A stretch of DNA of 34,862 nt, from positions 1 to 34,862 of the forward strand of contig CAWHOE010000016.1 in the NCBI GenBank assembly GCA_963830915.1, read 5' to 3'. Shown piece after piece: positions 1 to 10,483 of the stretch. Below the pieces are notes generated by a model, which was not told the DNA's origin, made no database searches, and was given only the letters and a program-made list of their open reading frames with translations. This DNA comes from a candidate division FCPU426 bacterium (GTDB lineage: Bacteria > Oederibacteriota > Muellerivitia > Muellerivitales > Muellerivitaceae). Each line of letters opens with the position of its first letter. The first letter of the stretch is position 1. Made by a program: the position numbers and the translations under genes.

Positions 1-2
1 AT

Positions 3-719
3 TTGCATCCCGGGGACGCGTTGTATTTCTCCCACGGGTTCTCGGTCGTCTATGGGAACCAAACCGGGGTCGTCCCGCCCAAGGGCGTGGACGTCATCCT
101 GGTCGCCCCCAAGGGCTCGGGAACGTCGGTGCGAAGGAACTTCTTGGCCGGGGACGGCATCAATTCCAGCATGGCCGTCTATCAGGACGCCACCGGGAAA
201 GCTTGGGACAGGACCAAGGCCGTGGGTATCGCCATCGGCTCCGGTTATCTGTTCCCGACGACCTTCGAGAAGGAAGTTTGGAGCGACCTGACGGGAGAGC
301 GCGGCGTCCTCATGGGTTGCCTGGCGGGCGTCATGGAAGCCCAATATGACGAACTGAGGAAAAGGGGCCACGATCCGAGCGAGGCGTTCAACGAGACCGT
401 GGAAGAATTGACCCAAAGCTTGATCCGGTTGGTGGATGAGAACGGCATGGACTGGATGTACGCCAATTGCAGTGAGACCGCCCGGCGCGGGGCGTTGGAC
501 TGGAAACCCAAGTTCAAGAAAGCGGTCGTTCCCGTATTCAAGGCGCTTTATCAAAGCGTCAAGGACGGCACGGAAACCAGGCGGGTCCTTCAATCCAGTA
601 TGGTCCCGAATTACAGGAAGGCCCTGGCCAAGGAATTGGATACGATCAAGAATTCCGAGATGTGGAGGGCCGGCGCCGCGGTAAGGGCGCTCAGGCCTGG
701 CAGGAAAAAGAAGGGCTGA
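3..719 (+). CDS. ilvC: Ketol-acid reductoisomerase, 5' truncated by the window edge
   Basis: Motifs FSHGF, DVILVAPKGSG, TTFEKEVWSDLTGER, EAFNETVEE and CSETARRGA are typical of class I KARI. Confidence 0.95.
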   Translation: MHPGDALYFSHGFSVVYGNQTGVVPPKGVDVILVAPKGSGTSVRRNFLAGDGINSSMAVYQDATGKAWDRTKAVGIAIGSGYLFPTTFEKEVWSDLTGERGVLMGCLAGVMEAQYDELRKRGHDPSEAFNETVEELTQSLIRLVDENGMDWMYANCSETARRGALDWKPKFKKAVVPVFKALYQSVKDGTETRRVLQSSMVPNYRKALAKELDTIKNSEMWRAGAAVRALRPGRKKKG

Positions 720-736
720 TCCAACAGTGGAATGTC

Positions 737-782
737 AAAGGGCCGGGCCCACGCGATGAGCGTGAAGCCCGGCCCTTTTTTT
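737..782 (+). terminator. Intrinsic terminator, probably bidirectional
   Basis: AAAGGGCCGGGC...GCCCGGCCCTTT stem followed by a T run, lying between convergent genes. Confidence 0.85.
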
Positions 783-804
783 ATGCCGATATAACCGTCA
801 TCTC

Positions 805-2342
805 CTAAGGATTGAATGACCAGGCCAGGGCCACCTGGCCCCCGAAGACCGTATAAGCGTAACTGGGCCCGGTGAATCCCGCGCCAATGGACTGGGGCTG
901 TTCGAACCAGCCCATAGCGTCCACCCTGAGGTCCTTGTCCTGGTACCCAACCCCCGCGCTGGTGAGAAGACCCTGGAGTTCCTGTCCCGCGTACACATTG
1001 AAAAAATCAAATGCCTCCACGTAATTGAATAGGGGAGTGGGTATGGCCCGCTCATCCACGAAGGTCAACCCGCCCCTCAGGGCCCAATGGGGCGAGACCC
1101 ATTTCTCCCCGCCCAGGGCCGCGTGGAAGATAGGGTAATTGTAGGTTTGGACAGGGTTCTCCCCCGGATATTGCAAAAGGACATGGTAGGGATAACCGTC
1201 CACCTGGAAGCCGAGGGTGAAATCCCCGTCCCTTTCCAATCCCACTCCCGCCTGGTAACGGGTCCCGCTGGCCGGATGGGTCACCACGGTGACCCCTGAT
1301 GGATTGACGCCCGCGGTGTTGAAGCTCAGGGTTTCCAGGAAACCCCCTGGTTGAAGGTCAGGGGATGGGGGTCGCCGAGTTGGGACAAGACGATCTTCCA
1401 TTTATAGAAAGCCGCCCCGATCATATCGCTTACGTAACCATCCACCGTGGTGAGTTGATCGGGGTAATCCATCGGGTCCGAAGAGGCGTAACTGACCGAT
1501 AAGGTCTCGTTCATCATCTCGAACAAAACCCCGCCCTGGAAAGTCCCGGGAATGTCCAGCAGAAGGCTGGGCTGAAAAACCATGGATGTATTGGAGTAAT
1601 CATAGGTTTGTTGAATGCTGTTAGGGCCGTCTTGGAAGGAGGAACTGTCCAAGGATTGCTCAGGATAAAGGTTGAAGGAAAGGGTCGAGCCCAGCCTTAA
1701 AAAAGCGGGGGAGCCCTTACTGCCCAGGTCCAGGCTGTAGACCCCGCCCAGGTTGATAAGGGTATTGGTCAAAACGTCCGTGACGGGTGTCGGCTGGTTG
1801 TCCGTGTCGGTGGATTGGGTCACCAGCGCTTCCGCCCCAAGGGAGAGGGGGCCGATGATCTTGGCTCCCCGGACCAACTCTTTACTGCTTTGATCATTGA
1901 ACTGTTCTGAAAATGAACTATTGGCGTTCGATGTCCCGTTGAGTCCGCCGGCCACTTGCAGGCCCCATCCGTCCGTCGTCATCACCAATAAACCCTGGTA
2001 GTCGTACCCGGCGGTCGGGTTGAAATTGTCGGTGACATGGGCGAAATCGGGGACGCCTGGCCCTACCCCGGGCGAGAGGCCCAGGACGGACCTGCCGTTC
2101 GCGCCGCTGGCGGAGGTGGTGGAATAAAAAGGCGCGTTCAATTCGATCCGGCCTTGGGGCGCCAGAAGCCCCAGCCCTGCGGGGTTGCCCAGGGTATAGG
2201 GGTTGATGTCGGAAGATTCGTCGGTCAAGACCATGTCCAAGCCGCCGGTCGAGTCCACCCGAACATCGGAAGCGAACAATGGGTGGAATGAGGCGGATAA
2301 CCCAAGGATGACGACCCCGGCGAGAATTGGACCTATTTTCAT
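805..2342 (-). pseudogene. Secreted/outer-membrane beta-barrel-like protein, frameshifted near 1345
   Basis: ORF 2342-1326 has a signal peptide. ORF 1401-805 ends in a barrel-like VALAWSF. One extra G in the G5 run (CAGGGGGTTTC on the minus strand) joins them as ...NQGGFLETLSF.... This may be a sequencing error. Confidence 0.65.
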
Positions 2343-2689
2343 GATATCAACCCCGTTCCATATGGTTTTACCAGCCGCCCATTATGGGGCATCCCCTAAC
2401 CTTTGTGGATTGGTAATTGGGGGCGCCTATGTTCCAGGCTAAGCATAAGGGTCCGTTGGCAGACATGGGCCATTCCGCCAGCGCTTGGCCGATTCCTTGA
2501 GTAATTGGTGTCTTGTGTTTTTAGGTTTGGGGTCAGGCGCTGAAACCGGTCATAAAAAGGGCGAAATTCTTGGGCGGGTGACGGGTCCTTTGGTTAAAAC
2601 AAGAAGGGGCGGGGAAGGGTAGTTTGAAATAGCTTCTCGCTGGCATATCCTATTGAAAGAACATCCCCCTCTTTCAAAGGACCTTCTCT

Positions 2690-4000
2690 TTGAGATCGAC
2701 GCCATCCGCCCCATCCTCCACCCCTCGCCATTCCCATTCAGGGAAGGTTGATCCTGACCTGGAGATCCATAAGCGTTATTTCCAGGTTGGCCTCTTCACC
2801 AGTTTCGTGGTGTCCCTGGTGACCGCCGTTTGCCTGATGGTTTTCGGCATGCCGGTCCTTTCCCTCATCGCCTGGGGTTTCCTGGCGGTGGAAGCGGTCC
2901 TCTTCTGGCTCTTCCTCACCAAGCCTGACCTCTTCCCGATCCTCCTGCACACGAACGTCCTCCTCTGCTTCATCTTGCCCTTCGTCCTCCAGGTCCTGTT
3001 GGGAGGCTTCGTGACCTCCGGCGGCATCGGGGTATGGGCCATCGTGGTGCCCATGTCGGCCATCATCCTTCGGATGCCCTTGAGCTGGCTTTGGTTCGCC
3101 TCCCTGGCCGTGATGGAGACGCTGGCCATGGCCCTGGAGATCCAATTGCGGGGGCAAACGCCCCAACTGCCCATGCCCATCGCCCGGTGGCTGTTGGTCT
3201 TCAACCTGCTGGGAGCGGCCCTTTATATCTTCCTTCGGGTCAAGCACGTCCTCCAGGTCCAGGCCGACCTGCGCGCCGAGATCCAGAAGACCCATAACCG
3301 CCTCCTGAAGGAAAGCTGGAAAACCGAGAGGCTGTTGATGAACATCTTCCCCTTGAGCATCGCCAACCGGTTGAAGGAAAAACCAGGGCCCTTGTCCGAG
3401 TCCTTCTCGGACATCAGCGTGCTCTTCGCCGACATCTCGGGCTTCACCCGCCTGGCCTCCGAACTGAAGCCCCAACAGGTCGTCGAACTGCTCAACGACA
3501 TCTTCAGGGTCTTCGACATCCTCACCGAGGAATACAGCCTTGAGAAGATCAAGACCATCGGGGACGCCTATATGGTGGTCGGCAACCTGCCCCAGCCCTC
3601 CTCCGGCCACCTGGAATCCATCGCCGATATGGCGCTCGTCATGATGAAGGTATTCCCCGAGAAGATGCGGAAATATCCCGACCTGGGCCTGAGAGTTGGC
3701 ATCCACTGCGGACCGGTGGTGGCGGGCGTCATAGGCCGCAAGAAACTCAGCTACGACCTTTGGGGGGACACGGTCAATATCGCCAACCGCATGGAATCCC
3801 ACGGTACGCCGGGCAAGATCCAGGTGAGCGATGTGGTCTATCAAAGGCTGAAGGACCATTATTCTTTCGAGTCCCGGGGCCAGACCACCATCCGGGGCAA
3901 AGGGAACATGCATACCTATTGGTTGAAGGAAAAGCTCAATGGCGACCCGCGGATCCCCGATCTGGACAAACCCCAATCCGAGTTGGAATTTTTCTTTTAA
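2690..4000 (+). CDS. Membrane-bound class III adenylate cyclase
   Basis: About 6 N-terminal TM segments, then SVLFADISGFT, EKIKTIGDAYM, GIHCGPVVAGVIG and YDLWGDTVNIANRMES. The K/D specificity residues indicate ATP. The TTG start is uncertain. Confidence 0.92.
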   Translation: MRSTPSAPSSTPRHSHSGKVDPDLEIHKRYFQVGLFTSFVVSLVTAVCLMVFGMPVLSLIAWGFLAVEAVLFWLFLTKPDLFPILLHTNVLLCFILPFVLQVLLGGFVTSGGIGVWAIVVPMSAIILRMPLSWLWFASLAVMETLAMALEIQLRGQTPQLPMPIARWLLVFNLLGAALYIFLRVKHVLQVQADLRAEIQKTHNRLLKESWKTERLLMNIFPLSIANRLKEKPGPLSESFSDISVLFADISGFTRLASELKPQQVVELLNDIFRVFDILTEEYSLEKIKTIGDAYMVVGNLPQPSSGHLESIADMALVMMKVFPEKMRKYPDLGLRVGIHCGPVVAGVIGRKKLSYDLWGDTVNIANRMESHGTPGKIQVSDVVYQRLKDHYSFESRGQTTIRGKGNMHTYWLKEKLNGDPRIPDLDKPQSELEFFF

Positions 4001-4041
4001 CAGGCTGTTTGCGGCGCCAAGACTTTTTCAGGAGGATACCC

Positions 4042-4833
4042 ATGCCGGAAAAAAGACCCGATCCCCGTTTGATCCATCCGCCAGTCAACCGTGCCGCCTA
4101 TTCGGACAGGACTGCCTGGATACTGGCCCATTGTTCCCATCTGGCCTATCAAAAGGACATGAAAACCTTGAAAAGGGAGTTGAAGGCGTTCGGTCTGGAA
4201 TTGAAGGGCGCCTTCTTCTGCGACAAAAACCAGAACTTCGCCTACCTGGCGGTCCACAAAACCTACGCGGTACTGGCCTTCAAGGGGACGGTGCCGTCCG
4301 AGTCCGAGACCATCAAGACTGACGCCGATTTCAAGCTGGTCAGGGCGAGGTATGGCGAGTTCCACCAGGGCTTTCTGGACACCTACCGGGAGTTGGCGAA
4401 AGAGTTCGAGGCCGCCCTGAAAAAACTGAGGGTTCCCATCTACATCACAGGCCATAGCCTGGGGGGCGCCCTGGCGCTGGTGACCACCATCCAGATCAAG
4501 GACCAGGACCATCTGGCCGCCTGTTATACCTACGGCTGTCCCAGGGTGGGAAACGCCGTCCTCGCCGACCGCTTGTTCAAGGTGCCGGTCTACCGGTGCG
4601 TCCATCACGCCGACCTGGTGCCGGCCGTGCCTTTTACCCTGATGGGTTACCGGCCCTACGGCGACATCCGTTTCCTCTCGGATGACGACCGGGTCTGCGG
4701 GGGCAGTGAGGCGGTCCTGCGCCGGGCCGGCGCCATGATCAACCCTTTGAACATCCCCAAGTTGATCGCGGACCACGCCATCGAGAGATACAAACATATC
4801 CTGGAAGTCTACGCCCTGAGCCGCAACCCCTGA
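4042..4833 (+). CDS. Lipase class 3 family protein
   Basis: LAFKGT, FHQGF, ITGHSLGGALA nucleophile elbow, YTYGCPRVGN, DLVP and C-terminal DH. GGAGG RBS precedes ATG 4042. Confidence 0.9.
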   Translation: MPEKRPDPRLIHPPVNRAAYSDRTAWILAHCSHLAYQKDMKTLKRELKAFGLELKGAFFCDKNQNFAYLAVHKTYAVLAFKGTVPSESETIKTDADFKLVRARYGEFHQGFLDTYRELAKEFEAALKKLRVPIYITGHSLGGALALVTTIQIKDQDHLAACYTYGCPRVGNAVLADRLFKVPVYRCVHHADLVPAVPFTLMGYRPYGDIRFLSDDDRVCGGSEAVLRRAGAMINPLNIPKLIADHAIERYKHILEVYALSRNP

Positions 4834-5030
4834 AGGTTGGGCCGATGAATTTATGCAACGTTATTGTCCGATTTCCCCTGCTGGACCGCCGGATGACCCT
4901 CTCGCCGCGATAAATGACCAACAATTTACGCAAGAATTCAGCGCCCTTTGTTAGATTGTCCTGGGTTCGGACGGGAAGTGCCGTCCGGGCCCGCCGCATC
5001 GAGTCTGAAAACGCCGTGGAAAGGGAACAG

Positions 5031-5588
5031 ATGATCCGGAAGAAAAAACAATGTTGGACGACGCTCTTGGGATATGGCCTCTTGTGCCTCTCGGCCGTGA
5101 TGCCGGCCGTCAGCCGCGCGGATTTCGTCGCGGCTCCGGTCGACCCCTTCGCGCTCACACTGGACCTGGGCCAGGGCTTCTCCCTGCGTTCGAACAACGC
5201 GCCTGTCACCCCTTATCTGTTCAACGTCAAGCTGGCGCCTGAATACAAGTTCAGCGACTTCAGCCTGGGCGCCATCCTGGCGACCCGTTACGCCGATCCC
5301 TCATGGGAAGCCGGGCTGGGCTTGCGGTTGGATTATCTTTTCTGGAAGGTCGTGCCAGATACGGGCATCAGGCTCTCGGCGGAAGCCACCCCCTGGCTCA
5401 ACAGCCCCAATACGACACTGGAACTGGGTTTGGTGGGCGACCTCTCCGGCCTGACCCGCGTGGGGGCCTGGTGCGGTTACGACACCCGGGACCAAGGGTG
5501 GTCCTTGATGGCCTCCTTCGGGTTCGACCTGGCCGCCTTGTGGCGGGCCGGCCACCCCAAGGTTCCCCAGCCTGTTTTCGGCAATTGA
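5031..5588 (+). CDS. Secreted hypothetical protein, possible small beta-barrel
   Basis: Signal peptide (...PAVSRA/DF) and alternating aromatic beta-strand pattern. Start chosen at ATG 5031. Confidence 0.6.
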   Translation: MIRKKKQCWTTLLGYGLLCLSAVMPAVSRADFVAAPVDPFALTLDLGQGFSLRSNNAPVTPYLFNVKLAPEYKFSDFSLGAILATRYADPSWEAGLGLRLDYLFWKVVPDTGIRLSAEATPWLNSPNTTLELGLVGDLSGLTRVGAWCGYDTRDQGWSLMASFGFDLAALWRAGHPKVPQPVFGN

Positions 5589-5622
5589 ATAACATCGACA
5601 TGAAAAAGAAAGGACGTGACCT

Positions 5623-6621
5623 ATGACCACTCGAGCCCTAGTCGTGAGCGGGGGAGGATGCACCGGAGCCTTCGCCGTTGGAGCGGTACGCTACATGATC
5701 GAACAGAAGGGCCTGAGCTTCGACATGGCCTGCGGGACCAGCACGGGGTCGCTCATCTCGCCCCTGGTCATCACGGGTGAGATCGAGACGCTGGTGCAGA
5801 TCTACACCACCGTCACCACCCAGGACATCTTCCTCTTGCGAAGCCCGGCCGATATGCTGGCCTATGGGTCGGCCTTCTCCTCCGCCCCCCTGGCGAAACT
5901 CATCGGCACCATGATCACCGACGCCCGGTGGACCACCATCAGCACTTCCCCCAAACAGCTGGTCATCGCGGCCGCCTGCCTTCAGACCGCCCAGTCCACT
6001 TATTTTTGCGCGGGTCCCATGAACCTGGTGACCCCGCCCCATACCAGCACCTATAAATTGCAAAGCAAGGACGACCTGATGAGGGCCATGCTGGCCTCCT
6101 CCAGCGACCCGGCCCTGTTCCCCTCGACCCAGATCCCGGCCAACAGCCCCAACCAGTTCGTGGACGGCGGGGTGCTGGATTTCGCCCCCATCTCGATAGC
6201 GATGTTGAACGGGGTGGATGAGGTCTATTCGGTGGTCATCTCCCCGGAGAACCCGGCGCCTGTGACCAATAACTACGTGAGCATGATCGACACCCTGGCC
6301 CGCACCATTGATATGTTCGCGGGGAGGGTCGACCAGGCCAACGTGGGGGACGCCCGGGACCTGTCCAACGGCGCCATCTACCTGGCGGCCCTTCAACAGC
6401 GCCTGGTGAACGACTACAAACTGGACCCGGCCGCCCTGGCCAGTATCTTCGCCGCGCCCCAGCCAGGCGTCACCAACCCCTTTCAGGGCGTGAACGACAA
6501 GAAATTCGTCCTGATCCGGCCCGACGGGGTCCTGACCAACGACCCCAATACCTTCGACCCGGTGGCCATGAAGGCCATGATGGCCCAGGGTTTCGCAAAG
6601 GCCCAGCAGGTGCTGGGGTAA
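5623..6621 (+). CDS. Patatin-like phospholipase
   Basis: ALVVSGGGCTGAF oxyanion motif, GTSTG nucleophile and FVDGG catalytic Asp. Confidence 0.92.
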   Translation: MTTRALVVSGGGCTGAFAVGAVRYMIEQKGLSFDMACGTSTGSLISPLVITGEIETLVQIYTTVTTQDIFLLRSPADMLAYGSAFSSAPLAKLIGTMITDARWTTISTSPKQLVIAAACLQTAQSTYFCAGPMNLVTPPHTSTYKLQSKDDLMRAMLASSSDPALFPSTQIPANSPNQFVDGGVLDFAPISIAMLNGVDEVYSVVISPENPAPVTNNYVSMIDTLARTIDMFAGRVDQANVGDARDLSNGAIYLAALQQRLVNDYKLDPAALASIFAAPQPGVTNPFQGVNDKKFVLIRPDGVLTNDPNTFDPVAMKAMMAQGFAKAQQVLG

Positions 6622-6645
6622 GCGCTTGGTTCACCTGTACTTAGG

Positions 6646-6670
6646 GCCGGTTCCTCTATGGAACCGGCAC
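6646..6670. repeat. Perfect hairpin ending in CGGCAC, probable member of the dispersed hairpin family
   Basis: GCCGGTTCC-tctat-GGAACCGGC followed by AC, with no U-tract. Confidence 0.45.
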
Positions 6671-6893
6671 ACCTAAGTCATGATCTGGGCTTGTAGTCCG
6701 GTGGATATGGATCGTGGCAAGCTCATTCCTAATGGACCTTTTCCCAGGCCTCCCGCTTCTTTTTCCATTTTGATTGGAATAATTCCTTGTTTTTTCAGTC
6801 TTAATAATAGGGTCTGCTACCCGATCGCGCTCCGAAAGTCCTTGGATTCCGGCGGAGTGGTAATATTAACCATCTAAAAACCTGGGGGTAATC

Positions 6894-8186
6894 ATGAGGA
6901 AAGTGTCTTATCTATTCGGCTCGTTAGCATTTATCGCCACTCTAACTTTGCCTTGGGCGTGCAGTAGGATCCCCAGCGGCCCCACGACCCCGCCCGCCCC
7001 GGCGCCTATCAATACTCCCACCTTCACCATGACCGCGACCCTGCCCAACACGAATACTCCCACCTCGACCGCCACGAAAACCAACAGTCCCACCCTCACC
7101 TTCACGGCCACGAGCTCGAACACACCCACCAAGACCGGGTCCCCGACCAATACACCCACGGTGACCAACAGCCCGACCATCACGAACAGTCCCACTATCA
7201 CCAACTCGCCTACCCAGACGGGTACCCCGACCCCCACGGGCTCGCCCACCGCCACCTTCACCGCCACGGTCAGCCTGACGCCCCAATTGGCGGGGTTCAC
7301 GGGCCTCACTCAGGTCAGCCCCTTTCCTTCCCGGTTCGGCCATGTCACCTTTTCCTACAACAATAAACTTTATCTCGTAGGCGGTACTTGGTGCACTTTC
7401 GCTTATCCCGCCACCATTATTAACCAAGTTCAGCTGAACGATGTCTGGTCCTCCACCGACGGGGCCAATTGGTCCGCGGTCACCCTGAACGCCGCTTTTG
7501 GCGCCCGCCAGTTGCATGAGGGCGTGATCTTCAATAACCAAATGTGGATCATCGGAGGACAAGGCTCGCCGGTCACCAATGGCGGTGAATCGTACTATGA
7601 CGACTCTTGGTATTCCACCGACGGCGCTACTTGGACCCAGGCCGTGACCGGTATCGGCTTCTATGGCACGGCTGCGACCGAAGGGGCGGCCGTTTCCTTC
7701 GGCGGAAAGATATGGCTGTTCGGAACTGACAACCACGCCTATACCAGCCCGGATGGGATCAATTGGACGAAATCCACCGGTACCATGCCTTTCCCTCAAA
7801 ACCGTATCGCTTTCGGGGCGGCGGTGCTGAACGGAAACATCTTCCTCTTCGGGGGCGGCACGGGATCGGCGCAAGTATTCAACGATTGTTGGTATTCATC
7901 GAATGGGACGACCTGGACCCAGGCGACCATCTCGGCGGGATTCAGCGCCCGCCAGGGTTTTGCCTATACCCCATTCAATAACCAGATCTGGTTGATGGGC
8001 GGGATTGGATTGGGGCTGCCCCCCGATGACGCCTGGTTCACCGAGAGTGGAGCGGCGTGGAACCAAGGTGCCAGCGGGATGGGTTGGACCGCTTCAGACT
8101 CGTGTGCTGTGTTGAATGGCAAAATTTACGTGACGGGCGGCAACGCGGGCGGCGATGCCATGAACAACGTCTGGGTTTCCCACTAA
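6894..8186 (+). CDS. Lipoprotein with Thr/Pro-rich linker and kelch-like beta-propeller
   Basis: Lipobox-like PWA-C, TNSPT/TPT low-complexity linker and repeated 'fnnkiwl.GG...nDvW.S.DG..W' units. Confidence 0.8.
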   Translation: MRKVSYLFGSLAFIATLTLPWACSRIPSGPTTPPAPAPINTPTFTMTATLPNTNTPTSTATKTNSPTLTFTATSSNTPTKTGSPTNTPTVTNSPTITNSPTITNSPTQTGTPTPTGSPTATFTATVSLTPQLAGFTGLTQVSPFPSRFGHVTFSYNNKLYLVGGTWCTFAYPATIINQVQLNDVWSSTDGANWSAVTLNAAFGARQLHEGVIFNNQMWIIGGQGSPVTNGGESYYDDSWYSTDGATWTQAVTGIGFYGTAATEGAAVSFGGKIWLFGTDNHAYTSPDGINWTKSTGTMPFPQNRIAFGAAVLNGNIFLFGGGTGSAQVFNDCWYSSNGTTWTQATISAGFSARQGFAYTPFNNQIWLMGGIGLGLPPDDAWFTESGAAWNQGASGMGWTASDSCAVLNGKIYVTGGNAGGDAMNNVWVSH

Positions 8187-8193
8187 CCACCCC

Positions 8194-8240
8194 CCATAAA
8201 AGCCCCGGCGTGCCTCGCGCGCCCGGGGCTTTTTTTATGG
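8194..8240 (+). terminator. Intrinsic terminator
   Basis: AAAAGCCCCGG...CCGGGGCTTTTTTT directly after the stop at 8186. Confidence 0.85.
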
Positions 8241-8412
8241 CCGCGCCATTTTTCAAGGCTTTCGGGCAAGATGTTTCAAACGGGGTTAAATACCACGGGT
8301 TCCCGATCGTCCTGATCGATGAACCGATAATGACTTCTCAAAAAACATTTTCAAAGCTATGCTTTATTTCAATGTCAGGTAGTTTCTTATCAAAGCTAAT
8401 TAAGGAAAAAAT

Positions 8413-9654
8413 ATGCCAATCAAAGGCCACAGAAAGATCACTGGGTTTTCCGGGAATGAAATCTATTGTTTGGAAGAGCTGGGATATAAGGCCGGGCAGC
8501 TTTGCCTTGGCAACAATGTGGTGGCTTTGGGAGTGGGCCGGGGTATCGGCGCGGGCCTTTCCAATTTGGCGGGCGGAGAGATCACGGAGATCACCCGATT
8601 GGTCCGGGATGGCCGCAAGAACGCCTATGACCGGATGATGAAGGAAGCCAGCCAGTATGGGGGAGCGGGTCTGGCCGGCGTCTCGTTCGATATGATCAAC
8701 CACGGAGGCAACCTGGAATTCATCGCCCTGGGTTCGACCGTCCACGGGTCGGATCCCAAAACGGAAAAAATGGATTTTTCCACATCCGCCAGCGGACAGG
8801 AGCTTTATTGCCAGCTGGACGCCGATTTCACCCCCCATAGTTTCGTATTCGGGAATGTGGCTTATTCCATCGGTGTCGGCGGGAATATCAAAGGAATGTT
8901 CCGCGGCTTGAAGCGCGGGGAAGTGTCTCAATACTCCGAGATATTTGACCGGACCCGCCATTTGGCCCTGACCAGGATCAAGAAAGAAGCGAAAAACGTC
9001 GGCGCCAACTCGGTCGTCGGCATCGAGACTTCCATCATGCCCTTGATGGGAGCGCAGGAAATGATGATGATCGGAACCGCTTCCACCCATCCCGCTTTGA
9101 AAGCTTTCGCCGACGATCCCGTGACCAGCGACATGACGAATGAGGAAATGTGGAACATGGCCAGCCTGGGTTATCTCCCGATCCGGCTGGTAATGGGAGT
9201 CTCCGTTTATTCCCTGGGGTTGGCCTCCGGCATCATGGCCGGCCTCCAAAGCCTGGCGGGAGGCCAGGTCGAGGGCCTGACCGAGGTCCTTTATGAAGCC
9301 CGTGAGAAGGCCCTGGACCGCATCGAGAAGGACGCGGAAGATTGCGACGCCGATGATGTGGTCGGCATCAAGACCAGGGTCTATGACCTGGGCGGCGGCC
9401 TGGTCGAGTTCATGGTGATAGGTACGGCGGTCAAGAAGGTGAAAGGCGCCTCGACCCGCAACAAGCAATTGCCCCCGCAGGCCATCATCCAGGACCATGA
9501 AACCTTCGTGGACAGTTCCCAGGGAGGCAATACCACCATCACGGAAAGGCGGGCGGCCTCCGCCTCCAGGACGCAAAAGGGCCCCATTTCCTTCATCCTC
9601 ACCATCATCTTCATCATCTTTTACATTTGGTTGAAGATATTCCTTCACCATTGA
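8413..9654 (+). CDS. YbjQ/UPF0145-like (putative heavy-metal-binding) multi-repeat protein with C-terminal TM anchor
   Basis: Three repeats of 'L.GGe...t.l....R..A..R....A...GA..vvGi......E....Gt', followed by a hydrophobic C-terminus. Confidence 0.75.
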   Translation: MPIKGHRKITGFSGNEIYCLEELGYKAGQLCLGNNVVALGVGRGIGAGLSNLAGGEITEITRLVRDGRKNAYDRMMKEASQYGGAGLAGVSFDMINHGGNLEFIALGSTVHGSDPKTEKMDFSTSASGQELYCQLDADFTPHSFVFGNVAYSIGVGGNIKGMFRGLKRGEVSQYSEIFDRTRHLALTRIKKEAKNVGANSVVGIETSIMPLMGAQEMMMIGTASTHPALKAFADDPVTSDMTNEEMWNMASLGYLPIRLVMGVSVYSLGLASGIMAGLQSLAGGQVEGLTEVLYEAREKALDRIEKDAEDCDADDVVGIKTRVYDLGGGLVEFMVIGTAVKKVKGASTRNKQLPPQAIIQDHETFVDSSQGGNTTITERRAASASRTQKGPISFILTIIFIIFYIWLKIFLHH

Positions 9655-10424
9655 TGAAAGACCACGCCTCAAAACTGAAGGGATTGGTCTGGGTGGCGGC
9701 GGCTTGCGCCTGCGGGATATTATTCGCGGTCGGAATATCCCCCTTGGCGCACGCCATCCCCTGGAGTTGGGAACAGAAACTGGGGAAAGTCGTCCAGATG
9801 GATTCGAGCGAGAGGATCTGCCAAGGCAACCCCCAGGCGGACGCCCTTCTGCAAAAGCTGGTCCAACGCGTTTATCCCCTGGAACCGGACGACAAGGATT
9901 TTTCCATCGAGGTCAGGATCGTCCAAAGCCCGGTCGTCAACGCCTACGCCGGTTTGGGCGGGAAGATCAAGATCAATTCGGGCTTGCTGGGAAAGGCCGA
10001 GTCCCCGGAGGAAGTCGCGGGGGTGCTGGCGCATGAGATCGAGCATGTCCACCGCCGCCATATCATGGAAGGGGCTTTGGTCCATCTTTTCACGGCGGAG
10101 GGGATCAATGTCATATTCGGGAACGGGTCCTCAGGGGCCGGTTTCGCCAAATTCCTGTTGAACATGGATTTTACCCGCTCCCAGGAAGCCCAAGCGGACG
10201 AGGGGGGCTTGCGGCGCCTTCAAACGGCCCATGTGAATAACGAGGGGTTCAAAAGATTCTTTGAGCGGATGGAAAGGGAAGGTTCGGCCTCGATCTTTCT
10301 ATCCGACCACCCGTCGAACCAGGCGCGCGTGGAAATGGTAGACCGGTTCAAGAACCAGGATATCCAACCGATCATGACCCAAGCGGAATGGGAAGTGCTG
10401 AAGAATGCCTATAGCGGAAGATGA
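9654..10424 (+). CDS. M48 family zinc metallopeptidase
   Basis: VNAYAGLGGKI, GVLAHEIEH (HExxH), FTRSQEAQAD and LSDHP. The ATG overlaps the upstream TGA. Confidence 0.9.
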   Translation: MKDHASKLKGLVWVAAACACGILFAVGISPLAHAIPWSWEQKLGKVVQMDSSERICQGNPQADALLQKLVQRVYPLEPDDKDFSIEVRIVQSPVVNAYAGLGGKIKINSGLLGKAESPEEVAGVLAHEIEHVHRRHIMEGALVHLFTAEGINVIFGNGSSGAGFAKFLLNMDFTRSQEAQADEGGLRRLQTAHVNNEGFKRFFERMEREGSASIFLSDHPSNQARVEMVDRFKNQDIQPIMTQAEWEVLKNAYSGR

Positions 10425-10483
10425 AAATCCGAAGATTGGATATGGTTGTTTGATTCCTAATTAAGGAATTGGAGGCGTTAATA

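Noticed and set aside
2738..3976. Long antisense ORFs (also 3997-4797, 5638-6396, 8338-9672, 20443-21465, 29156-30097)
   Set aside because: Shadow frames of well-supported GC-rich genes on the opposite strand.
2690..6621. CBASS/Pycsar system from cyclase plus patatin
   Set aside because: The cyclase is a canonical membrane class III adenylate cyclase, not a CD-NTase or PycC-like enzyme, and the patatin is two genes away.
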